NCBI GenBank assembly: GCA_964428805.1
Contig: CAYRZF010000006.1
Span: forward strand, 1 to 38,264
From: an uncultured bacterium
GTDB lineage: Bacteria > Methylomirabilota > Methylomirabilia > Rokubacteriales > CSP1-6
DNA: 38,264 bases
Direction of reading: 5' to 3'
The notes below the pieces were generated by a model. It worked only from the letters and a program-made list of their open reading frames with translations, had not been told where the DNA came from and ran no database searches. The position numbers and the translations under genes are program-made. Positions 7,922 through 16,349 of the stretch are shown in pieces (position 1 is the stretch's first letter; every line of letters begins with the position of its first letter).

Positions 7922-8821
7922 TTAAAACTCCATCTCGCCCGGCTCGGGGGGAGCACCGAGCGGATCCACGTGGACCACACAGTAGGCGCAGTTCGTCTCC
8001 GCCATGATGACGTCGCGCACCGCCTTGGCGACCTCCTCTCCGTCGGCCACCGTCATCGTCGGATCCACCTCCACGTGCAGGGAGAGGTTGACCGTCTCGG
8101 GCCCCACGTACTGAGCCCGGAGGTCGTGCACGGCCTCGACGGCGGGGACCGTGCGCGCCAGGGCTTCGATCCGGTCGAAGAATTCCCGCCCCGGGGCGCG
8201 TCCCATCAGCACGCGGGCGTTGTCGCGGAACAGGCCGACGGCGTTGGCGGCGATGAGGATCGCCACCGCCAGCGAGGCGAGGGGGTCGGCGATGGGCCAG
8301 CCGTTGACGACGAAGAGCGCCCCGGCCAGAGCCGCCAGGAGGCCCAGCTCGTCGTTGAGCGATTCCATCAGTTGGGCGTGGGCCGCGGGACCGCGGTGCT
8401 TCTGCAGGCCAAGGAGGATGACCGGGACCGCGCTCAGCACCATTGAGAGCACAAGAACCCCGACGGCCAGACCGAGACGGCTGTACGCCGGAACCACGGG
8501 GTGGAGGAGCCGGCCCACGGCCTCTTCGGCCAGCCTGAAGCTGGTGAAAGAGATGAAGAGCGTGGCGGCTACCAGCGCGGCCACGTGCTGGGCCCGCCCG
8601 TAACCGTAGCGATAGCGCGCGTCCGCGGGACGGCGGGAGAATCGGTCCGCGGCCAAGAGGAAGCCCGAGATCATGAGGTCGGAGAGAGTGTGGAGGGCTT
8701 CGGCCAGGAGCGCGAAGAGCCCCGTGAACCACCAGGTGACGAGCTTGAGGACGAACACGAGGACATACCCGATCAGTGCCGCCCTGAGCCCGATCGAGGA
8801 CTCTGCTGGAGCGTGTCGCAT
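7922..8821 (-). CDS. Cation diffusion facilitator (CDF) family transporter
   Basis: AEALHTLSD, RPAD..Y.YGYGR, ADPLAS, C-terminal HDLR...HVEVD...VHVDP dimerisation domain; AAGGAGG SD. Confidence 0.9.
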   Translation of the reverse strand: MRHAPAESSIGLRAALIGYVLVFVLKLVTWWFTGLFALLAEALHTLSDLMISGFLLAADRFSRRPADARYRYGYGRAQHVAALVAATLFISFTSFRLAEEAVGRLLHPVVPAYSRLGLAVGVLVLSMVLSAVPVILLGLQKHRGPAAHAQLMESLNDELGLLAALAGALFVVNGWPIADPLASLAVAILIAANAVGLFRDNARVLMGRAPGREFFDRIEALARTVPAVEAVHDLRAQYVGPETVNLSLHVEVDPTMTVADGEEVAKAVRDVIMAETNCAYCVVHVDPLGAPPEPGEMEF

Positions 8822-8877
8822 GCCTCCTTCTTACACCATTTGCCGGAGGCCTTCCAGCGTCTTGATCGGTCCGCGGC

Positions 8878-8907
8878 TTGACACTTCCTTGGGGGGTCCG
8901 CTAGAGT
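8878..8907 (+). promoter_or_regulatory. sigma70-type promoter of nuoL (probably leaderless)
   Basis: TTGACA(8878-8883)-18 nt-TAGAGT(8902-8907), GTG8914 follows 6 nt later, no SD. Confidence 0.65.
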
Positions 8908-8913
8908 GAGCCG

Positions 8914-10788
8914 GTGTCAAAGACTGTCTGGCTGATTCCGTTCCTTCCTCTCCTCGGGACCCTCCTCAATGCGCTCTTCGGGCGGTGGATCGGCCGACGC
9001 GCCCACTGGATCGCTGTCCCGGCTCTCGCGGGTTCATTTCTGCTGTCCTGCGCCGTCTTCCTCCGGGTGTGGCACGGTGAGACCTTCACCGGCGACCTCT
9101 TCCCCTGGATTCAGGCCGGGGCCTTCACGACATCCGTGACGGCTCAGGTGGATTCGCTCTCCGCGGTGATGCTGCTGGTGGTAACCGGGGTGGGGTTCCT
9201 GATCCACCTCTATTCCGTCGGCTACATGCACGGCGATCCGGGCTTTGCGCGTTACTTCGCCTATCTGAACCTGTTTGTGTTTTCCATGATCATGCTGGTT
9301 CTCGCGGGAAACTTCCTCGTCCTCTACGTTTTCTGGGAGGCCGTGGGGCTCTGCTCCTACCTGCTCATCGGCTTCTGGTACACGCGGAAAGCCGCCGCGG
9401 ACGCGGGCAAGAAGGCCTTCATCGTCAACCGCGTCGGCGACGCCGGCTTCGCCCTCGGGGTCATGTACATCTGGGTCGCGCTGGGCACGCTGGACTACGG
9501 CGCGGTCTTCGAAAGGGCGGGGACCCTTTCCCCCGCCACCGCCACGGTGATCGCGCTTCTCCTCTTCATGGGGGCCTGCGGCAAGTCCGCCCAGCTTCCG
9601 CTCCACGTATGGCTCCCCGACGCGATGGAAGGTCCCACGCCGGTTTCAGCGTTGATCCATGCCGCCACCATGGTGACGGCCGGTGTGTACATGGTGGCCC
9701 GGAGTCATGCCCTCTTCGAGCGCTCGGGCGTCGCCCTCGACGTCGTCGCGTGGGTGGGGGGGATCACGGCGCTCTTCGCCGCGACCATCGGTCTCGCCCA
9801 GACGGACATCAAGCGGATACTGGCCTACTCGACGATCAGCCAGCTCGGCTACATGTTCGCCGGCGTCGGCGTGGGCGCCTACGCGGCGGGGATTTTCCAC
9901 CTCGTCACGCACGCGTTCTTCAAAGCGCTCCTGTTCCTGGGGGCGGGGAGCCTGATCCACGCTCAAAGAGGCGAGCAGGACCTCCGGAAGATGGGAGGCC
10001 TCGCCCCGCGGATGCTCCCCACCACGGTGACCTTCCTGGTGGGGGCGGCCGGCCTCGCCGGCATCCCGCCGTTCGCCGGTTTCTTCTCCAAGGACGAAAT
10101 CCTGGCGTCGGTCTACCATCGGGATCAGTTCTGGCTCTGGGTCGTGCTCCTGGTCGGCGCCTTCGTCACGGCTGTGTATATCTTCCGGGTCGTCTTTCTC
10201 GCCTTCTTCGGAGGGCCCCGGATGTCGAAGGAGGTCGCCCATCACATCCACGAGTCTCCCTTGGTGATGACCGTGCCCCTGAGCGCCCTGGCCCTGCTGA
10301 CCGCCGTGGCGGGGGTGGTGGGGATCCCCTCGGTTCAGGGGACCGCCTTCGCCCGCTTCTTGAGACCGGTGTTGCCGCTTTCCGAAGAGGTCAACCACGG
10401 CGGGCTCGGAGCGTACGCGCTCCTCGTCCTTTCCGTGATTGTGGCGGTCGCCGGCGTGCTGCTCGCGTGGCTACTCTACCGGAGCCGCCCCCTCAAGGTC
10501 GAGGCCATCGGCCGGCCGCGGAACCGGTTTCACGCGCTGGTTCTCAACAAGTATTACGTGGACGAGCTCTACGGCTACCTCTTCGTCCGGCCACTGCTCG
10601 GGATCGCCGGCTTCTGCGCCCGCGCGCTGGATCTGCGCTTCCTGGACGGGATCGTCAACGGGGTGGGGCGGCTGGTGATGGCCTGGGCCCGCTCCATGCG
10701 GAGACTCCAGACCGGGTACGTGATGAACTACGCGCTGATGACGCTCCTGGGCGCCGTCGCCATCGTCGGGTTCCTCCTGTCACGATGA
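8914..10788 (+). CDS. nuoL: NADH-quinone oxidoreductase subunit L
   Basis: FWEAVGLCSYLLIGF, GKSAQLPLHVWLPDAMEGPTPVSALIHAATMV, HAFFKALLFL, C-terminal transverse helix and QTG..NY. Confidence 0.95.
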   Translation: MSKTVWLIPFLPLLGTLLNALFGRWIGRRAHWIAVPALAGSFLLSCAVFLRVWHGETFTGDLFPWIQAGAFTTSVTAQVDSLSAVMLLVVTGVGFLIHLYSVGYMHGDPGFARYFAYLNLFVFSMIMLVLAGNFLVLYVFWEAVGLCSYLLIGFWYTRKAAADAGKKAFIVNRVGDAGFALGVMYIWVALGTLDYGAVFERAGTLSPATATVIALLLFMGACGKSAQLPLHVWLPDAMEGPTPVSALIHAATMVTAGVYMVARSHALFERSGVALDVVAWVGGITALFAATIGLAQTDIKRILAYSTISQLGYMFAGVGVGAYAAGIFHLVTHAFFKALLFLGAGSLIHAQRGEQDLRKMGGLAPRMLPTTVTFLVGAAGLAGIPPFAGFFSKDEILASVYHRDQFWLWVVLLVGAFVTAVYIFRVVFLAFFGGPRMSKEVAHHIHESPLVMTVPLSALALLTAVAGVVGIPSVQGTAFARFLRPVLPLSEEVNHGGLGAYALLVLSVIVAVAGVLLAWLLYRSRPLKVEAIGRPRNRFHALVLNKYYVDELYGYLFVRPLLGIAGFCARALDLRFLDGIVNGVGRLVMAWARSMRRLQTGYVMNYALMTLLGAVAIVGFLLSR

Positions 10789-12359
10789 CGCAACATATTC
10801 TCTCGATCGTAACGTTTCTTCCTGTGCTGGCAGCGGTCGTCATCGCGCTCTTGCCCCGGGGGTGGGCCGCTCTCGTCCGGTGGCTGGCGTTCTTGGTGGC
10901 GACCGCCACCTTTGCCGTTTCCCTTCTTCTCTATTTCCGCTTCGACGCCCGGAATCCCGACTATCAGTTCGTCGAGCAGGTCCGGTGGATGCCGTCGTTC
11001 GGGATCTCCTACCACGTGGGAATCGATGGGATCAGCCTGCTCCTGGTGCTGCTGACGACGTTCCTCTCTGCGCTCGCTCTCCTTTCGTCCTGGCGGGCGG
11101 TGGACGTCCGGGTCAAAGAGTTCGCGGTGAGCATGCTGTTCCTGGAAACCGGGATGCTTGGGGTGTTCGTCAGCCTCGATCTCTTCCTCTTTTATATCTT
11201 CTGGGAGGCCATGCTGATCCCGATGTACCTCATCATCGGGGTCTGGGGCGGACCGGACCGGATCTACGCCGCGATCAAGTTCATCCTCTACACCCTGACC
11301 GGGTCGGTGCTCATGCTGGTGGCCATTCTCGCGCTCTACTTCCAGCACGGCGGCGTGGCGGGAAACTACACCTTCGACCTCCCGATCCTCGCGCGGTACG
11401 TTGTGCCGGCCGGGATCCAGGTCTGGCTTTTCCTGGCCTTCGCCGTGGCCTTCGCCATCAAGGTCCCGATGTTTCCCTTTCACACCTGGCTCCCCGACGC
11501 CCACGTGGAGGCGCCGACCGCGGGCAGCGTGATCCTGGCCGGCGTGCTGCTGAAGATGGGGACCTATGGCTTCCTCCGCTTTTGTCTGCCGCTCTTTCCG
11601 ACGGCGAGCCTGGCGTTCACCCCCTGGATCTTCCTCCTGGCCCTCGTCGGTATCATCTACGGCGCCTGGGTCTCCACGGTTCAGCCGGATTTGAAAAAGC
11701 TCGTGGCGTACTCAAGCGTGAGCCACCTGGGCTTTGTCGTCCTCGGTCTCTTCACGCTCACTCCCCAGGGGATCGTGGGTGGTATCATCCAGATGGTGAA
11801 CCACGGCCTCTCCACCGGGGCGTTGTTCGTCATGGTGGGAATCCTGTACGAGCGGCGGCACACTCGGCTCATCGCCGAGTTCGGCGGACTCTGGCGGGTA
11901 GTGCCCGCATTCTCGGCTCTCTTCATGATCGTTTCCCTTTCCTCGCTGGGCCTTCCCGGTCTCAACGGGTTCGTCGGCGAGTTCCTCATCCTGGTGGGCG
12001 CGTTCGCCTGGGCTTCCGGGCTGCCCGCGGCCGGCCCCCTCGCGTACCTGGTGCCGGTCCTGGCGACCACCGGGATCATCTTTGCGGCGATCTACATGCT
12101 CTGGATGTACCAGCGGGTGTGCTTCGGGGAGATCACGACCGACGCGAACCGGGGGCTCGTGGATCTCACGCCGCGGGAGTGGGCGGTGCTCCTGCCCCTC
12201 CTGCTCTTTATCGTCTGGATCGGCGTGTACCCGCGCCCCTTCACCGGCGTGACCGAGGCCACCGCCGAGGCGCTGATCGCCCAGGTGCAGTCCAAGGCCG
12301 CGGCGACCCACCTGCAGAGCGGGTACCCGGCGCGGGTAGCCGGTGAGGCGGCACGCTGA
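10785..12359 (+). CDS. nuoM: NADH-quinone oxidoreductase subunit M
   Basis: ATG overlaps nuoL stop; FWEAMLIPMY, KVPMFPFHTWLPDAHVEAP, LLKMGTYG, AYSSVSHLG. Confidence 0.95.
   Translation: MTQHILSIVTFLPVLAAVVIALLPRGWAALVRWLAFLVATATFAVSLLLYFRFDARNPDYQFVEQVRWMPSFGISYHVGIDGISLLLVLLTTFLSALALLSSWRAVDVRVKEFAVSMLFLETGMLGVFVSLDLFLFYIFWEAMLIPMYLIIGVWGGPDRIYAAIKFILYTLTGSVLMLVAILALYFQHGGVAGNYTFDLPILARYVVPAGIQVWLFLAFAVAFAIKVPMFPFHTWLPDAHVEAPTAGSVILAGVLLKMGTYGFLRFCLPLFPTASLAFTPWIFLLALVGIIYGAWVSTVQPDLKKLVAYSSVSHLGFVVLGLFTLTPQGIVGGIIQMVNHGLSTGALFVMVGILYERRHTRLIAEFGGLWRVVPAFSALFMIVSLSSLGLPGLNGFVGEFLILVGAFAWASGLPAAGPLAYLVPVLATTGIIFAAIYMLWMYQRVCFGEITTDANRGLVDLTPREWAVLLPLLLFIVWIGVYPRPFTGVTEATAEALIAQVQSKAAATHLQSGYPARVAGEAAR
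12306..12343 (+). repeat. Degenerate ACCC...GGGTACCCGG element (family 2) in nuoM 3' end
   Basis: ACCCACCTGCAGAGCGGGTACCCGG followed by CGCGGGTAGCCGG, paralleling the copy at 23190-23231. Confidence 0.45.
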
Positions 12360-13795
12360 TGGATGCCGCGTTTCTGCCCCTGGCTCCGCTCCTCGTCGTG
12401 ACGGGGACGGCGTTCCTCCTCATCCTGCTGGACCTACTGCCGCCTCGGGACAGCAAGGGGCACCTGGGCCTCGTGGCTCTGGTGGGGATCGTGGCCACGC
12501 TCCTCGTCGCGCTGTTCCTGTGGGGGCGGGCGGGCCGCGCGTTCAGCGGGATGGTCGTGCTGGACAACTTCGCCCTGTTCTTCGACGTGGTGATCTGCTA
12601 CGCCGCGGCGCTGGTCCTCCTCCTCTCCATGGACTACCTCCGGCGCAACGGGATGGAGACCGGCGAGTACTATATCCTGGTTCTCTTTTCGACGCTCGGG
12701 ATGCTCCTCATGGTCCATGCGTCGGATCTGATCGTGATCTTCCTGGCGCTGGAGCTGATGTCCCTGTCCCTCTACGTGCTCGCCGGCTTTTTCCGGTGGC
12801 GGCTGGCGGCCGGTGAATCCTCGATGAAGTACTTCCTCCTGGGTGCCTTCGCCACGGGCTTCTTCGTCTACGGGGTCGCGCTGATCTACGGCGCGACCGG
12901 CACCACGGCGTTGGACGGGATCGCCGTCGCTGCGGGATCCGCGCCGCGGGATCCGCTACTTCTCATCGGGCTCGGCCTGCTCCTGGTGGGCTTCGGCTTC
13001 AAGGTCTCGTCGGTCCCGTTCCATATGTGGGTCCCGGATGTGTACGAGGGCGCTCCCACGAGCGTGGCGGCGCTGATCGCCACGGGATCCAAAGCGGCGG
13101 GATTCGGAGCGCTCCTGCGCGTCCTCCTTTCGACGTTCAAGGTGGCCCAGCCGGACTGGACCGCGCTCTTGTGGGTTCTCGCGGTCCTGACCATGACGGT
13201 CGGGAACGTGGTTGCCATCGCCCAGTCAAACCTCAAGCGGATGCTGGCCTACTCCTCGGTCGCCCACGCGGGGTATATGCTGGTGGGGGTGGTCGCGGGG
13301 GGATCGCTCGGGGCCGGCGGTGTGCTCTTTTACCTCCTGGTCTACACGTTTACCACCGTGGGGGCCTTCGGGGTGATCCTGCTTCTCGAGCGGGAGCGCC
13401 GGGAGGCCGTGAACCTGGACGACTACGGAGGGTTGGCCGCCCATCATCCCGTGCTGGCGCTCACGCTTGCGCTCTTCCTCCTCTCGCTCATCGGGGTGCC
13501 GCCCACGGCGGGCTTTGCCGGCAAATTCTACCTCTTCGGCGCGGCAGTTCGATCGGGGTACATCTGGCTGGCGATCATCGCGGTTCTCAATTCGGTGGTG
13601 GCCGCCTATTACTATCTCCGCCTGATCGTCTACATGTACATGCGCGACCAGGAGGGCGCGCTCACCGAGCCGGCGCCGTCCTTCGCGGGCCGTCTGGCCC
13701 TGGGGATCGCGCTCTGGGGCGTCTTCCAGCTGGGACTCATGCCGGGTCCGGTGCTGGACCTCGCCCAGGCCGCCGTGGCACCGCTTCTGCGCTGA
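12359..13795 (+). CDS. nuoN: NADH-quinone oxidoreductase subunit N
   Basis: LELMSLSLYVL, KYFLLG, GFKVSSVPFHMWVPDVYEGAP, KRMLAYSSVAHAG, YYYLR. Confidence 0.95.
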   Translation: MDAAFLPLAPLLVVTGTAFLLILLDLLPPRDSKGHLGLVALVGIVATLLVALFLWGRAGRAFSGMVVLDNFALFFDVVICYAAALVLLLSMDYLRRNGMETGEYYILVLFSTLGMLLMVHASDLIVIFLALELMSLSLYVLAGFFRWRLAAGESSMKYFLLGAFATGFFVYGVALIYGATGTTALDGIAVAAGSAPRDPLLLIGLGLLLVGFGFKVSSVPFHMWVPDVYEGAPTSVAALIATGSKAAGFGALLRVLLSTFKVAQPDWTALLWVLAVLTMTVGNVVAIAQSNLKRMLAYSSVAHAGYMLVGVVAGGSLGAGGVLFYLLVYTFTTVGAFGVILLLERERREAVNLDDYGGLAAHHPVLALTLALFLLSLIGVPPTAGFAGKFYLFGAAVRSGYIWLAIIAVLNSVVAAYYYLRLIVYMYMRDQEGALTEPAPSFAGRLALGIALWGVFQLGLMPGPVLDLAQAAVAPLLR

Positions 13796-13801
13796 GGGAA
13801 T

Positions 13802-14584
13802 GTGGGAATCCGGCTTCATTACCGCGGTTGGCTCTTCGACCTCGATGGCACGGTGTATCGGGGGGAGAAGCTGATCCCGGGTGCGGCCGACGTCATTGCG
13901 GCACTCCGATCGGCCGGCAGCCGCGTCGCCTTCCTCTCCAACAAGCCTATCCAGACCCGAGCCGACTACGCGGACAAGCTGACTCGGCTGGGCATCCCCA
14001 CCACGGCTTCGGAGGTGGTCAATTCCTCGCTGGTCCTGGCCCGTCACCTGGCCCGCCTGGATCCCGGCGCCACTTGCTTCGTCATCGGTGAGCCCCCGCT
14101 GATCCGCGAGCTGGAGGCTCACGGCTTCAAGGTGAGGGAGGACCCGCTCGTCCGCTGGGTCGTCATAGCCTTCGACAGGACCTTCAGCTACGCCAAGCTC
14201 AACACGGCGCTGCAGGCAGTGAAGCGCGGGGCAAGGCTGATTGCCACGAACCCCGACCGGACCTGTCCCGTCACGGACGGCGAGATCCCCGACTGCGCCG
14301 GCATGATCGCCGCCGTCGAAGCAGTGACCGGCAAAGCCGTGGAGTTGATCGTGGGCAAACCGTCCCCCCTCATGCTCGAGGTGGCCCTGGAGGTCTTGGG
14401 CCTTTCGGCGGCGGAGACGGTGATCGTGGGCGACCGCATCGAGACGGACGTGACCATGGGGAAGGCCCTCGGGCTTGGCACTGTCCTGGTTCTCTCCGGC
14501 GTCACCGACCACGCCGACCCGCGCATCGCCGACCTCAAGCCCGATCACGTCCTCCGCTCGATTCGGGACCTCCTGATCCCATGA
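13802..14584 (+). CDS. HAD-IIA family hydrolase (NagD-like phosphatase)
   Basis: FDLDGT, IATNPD, VGKP, GDRIETD motifs. Confidence 0.9.
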   Translation: MGIRLHYRGWLFDLDGTVYRGEKLIPGAADVIAALRSAGSRVAFLSNKPIQTRADYADKLTRLGIPTTASEVVNSSLVLARHLARLDPGATCFVIGEPPLIRELEAHGFKVREDPLVRWVVIAFDRTFSYAKLNTALQAVKRGARLIATNPDRTCPVTDGEIPDCAGMIAAVEAVTGKAVELIVGKPSPLMLEVALEVLGLSAAETVIVGDRIETDVTMGKALGLGTVLVLSGVTDHADPRIADLKPDHVLRSIRDLLIP

Positions 14585-14724
14585 CCCGCCTAGTGCTCAC
14601 CTTCGCGCCCGCCGCCGCGCTTATTCGAGCGCGCACCCATGCCTCTGGCATGGGTGCCCGGCCCGCGCAACCCTCGGGGGGAGGTGTCGGAAGGGGGGCG
14701 AAGCCCCCCTCCGAGGATAGATGA
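14581..14724 (+). other. 47-aa bridging mini-ORF spanning an inserted repeat
   Basis: ATG14581 overlaps HAD TGA (ATGA); TGA14722-14724 overlaps glpD ATG14721 (ATGA); open throughout. Confidence 0.45.
14624..14719 (-). repeat. Double-hairpin dispersed repeat, family 1, copy 2, with nested family-2 hairpin (14633-14661)
   Basis: 39/40 identity to 2499-2538 on the opposite strand; in the second hairpin AAAGCC is replaced by a segment containing GCACCCATGCC-TCT-GGCATGGGTGC-CCGG. Confidence 0.85.
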
Positions 14725-16349
14725 GCCGACTGTCTGGCCTCGGGGAGCAACGGTTCGACGCCCTCGTGATCGGTGGTGGGATGGCCGGCGCGGGCGTGGC
14801 CCGGGATGTGGCCCTGCGTGGCGTCTCCGTGGTCCTCTTCGAGAAGGGCGACTTTGCCTCGGGGACCACGGGGCGTTCCTCCAAGCTCATCCACGGCGGG
14901 CTCCGGTATCTCGAGCTCTTCGACTTCGGGCTGGTGCGGGAGTCGCTCAGGGAACGGGAGACCCTCGGCCGGCTGGCCCCGCACCTGATCCGCCCGCTTC
15001 CCTTTCTGATCCCGATCTACCGCGGCTCGCGCCTCGGCCTCATCAAGGTCCGGATCGGTCTCACGCTCTACGATTGGCTCACGCCGGGGAAGACCACCGA
15101 CCGCTATCGCGTGATCCCGCCCGAGGCCGCGCTGGCGCTGGAGTCCGAAATCCGGGCCGAAGACCTCAAAGGGGCGGGGTTCTACTTCGACGACCTCCTG
15201 CTCTCTCCCGAGCGCCTGTGCCTGGAAAACGTTCTGTCCGCCTGCCGTCACGGGGCCCGAGCGTTCAACTATGTTGAGGTCGAGGAAGTCCTGACCGGCC
15301 CGAACGGAATCGAGGGGCTGCGCGTTCGGGACCTCCTGACCGATCAGGTCCACGCCGTGCGGGGGCGGGTTATCGTCAACGCGGCCGGCCCCTGGGTGGA
15401 TCGAATCCGCGGGCTCGCCGGTATCTCGGACCGGGGGCCGCAGGTCATCAGGACCACGAAGGGAATCCACTGTCTTCTGCCGCGGCTGACCGAGCACGCC
15501 GTGTACCTGGGGACGAAAGACGAGCGCATGGTCTTCGTGATCCCCTGGAGAGAGTTCTCCCTCGTGGGGACCACGGACACGGACTTCGCCGGCGATCCGG
15601 ATCGTCTGTGGGCCACGCGGGACGAAGTGACTTACCTGCTGGGGGAGGTGCGGCGGGTGCTTCCCGATCCCCGGCTGGCGGCGGCCAACGTGATGTACAC
15701 CTATGCGGGGGTCCGACCGCTAACCCACGAGGCGGGGAAGTCCCCATCCAGGGTCTCCCGCCAGCACCGAGTGTGGGCTGAGGGTCCCCAGGGGAGGTTC
15801 CTTACGATTACGGGGACGAAGTTGACCTGTTTCCGGAGCCTGGCCGAGACGGTGGCCGACCTCGTGATGGCCCGGCTGGGTCGCCGGGCGCGCTCGCGCA
15901 CAGCCGGTCTCACCCTGGACGGCGCCGACGAGAGGGTCCGTCGGCCTGTGGAGGTGCGGGCGTGGATGGACGTCTCAGACGAGATGGCGGCGACGGGGCT
16001 CCCACGCGAGACCCTGGAGAGGCTCGTCGAGACCTACGGGCGCAACTACGTGCGTGTGCTCGACCTTGCCCGAAAGCTCCCCGACGGCGACGCCCGGCTC
16101 TGTCCCCGAAACCCTGAGATCGTTGCGCAGCTGCATTATGCGGTCGCAGAGGAGCTCACGGTCTCGCTCGGAGACTTCCTGCTTCGTCGCACCGGCATCG
16201 GAACCAGCTCCTGCCAGGGACTCGACTGCGCCGAACGCATCACGTCCCGGATGGGAGACCTGATGGGGTGGAACTCCCGGCGGCGGGAGGCGGAACTGGC
16301 GGCGTATCACGACACTGTTGCGCGAAGCCGTCGGTTTCGGGATAGTTGA
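14721..16349 (+). CDS. glpD: FAD-dependent glycerol-3-phosphate dehydrogenase/oxidase
   Basis: IGGGMAGAG, DFASGTTGRSSKLIHGGLRYLE, NAAGPW, VGTTDT, YAGVRPL, DFLLRRT. Confidence 0.9.
   Translation: MSRLSGLGEQRFDALVIGGGMAGAGVARDVALRGVSVVLFEKGDFASGTTGRSSKLIHGGLRYLELFDFGLVRESLRERETLGRLAPHLIRPLPFLIPIYRGSRLGLIKVRIGLTLYDWLTPGKTTDRYRVIPPEAALALESEIRAEDLKGAGFYFDDLLLSPERLCLENVLSACRHGARAFNYVEVEEVLTGPNGIEGLRVRDLLTDQVHAVRGRVIVNAAGPWVDRIRGLAGISDRGPQVIRTTKGIHCLLPRLTEHAVYLGTKDERMVFVIPWREFSLVGTTDTDFAGDPDRLWATRDEVTYLLGEVRRVLPDPRLAAANVMYTYAGVRPLTHEAGKSPSRVSRQHRVWAEGPQGRFLTITGTKLTCFRSLAETVADLVMARLGRRARSRTAGLTLDGADERVRRPVEVRAWMDVSDEMAATGLPRETLERLVETYGRNYVRVLDLARKLPDGDARLCPRNPEIVAQLHYAVAEELTVSLGDFLLRRTGIGTSSCQGLDCAERITSRMGDLMGWNSRRREAELAAYHDTVARSRRFRDS

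Noticed and set aside
7332-8732. 466-aa ORF as a long DUF488 fusion
   Set aside because: The N-terminal 273 codons are an Arg/Pro/Gly-rich alternative frame over the CDF gene.
9609-10784. 916-aa NuoM with a large N-terminal extension
   Set aside because: Shadow frame of nuoL; the true start is the ATGA overlap at 10785.
8914-13795. Mrp Na+/H+ antiporter operon
   Set aside because: Subunits have NuoL/M/N signatures and order; no MrpB/C/E/F/G.
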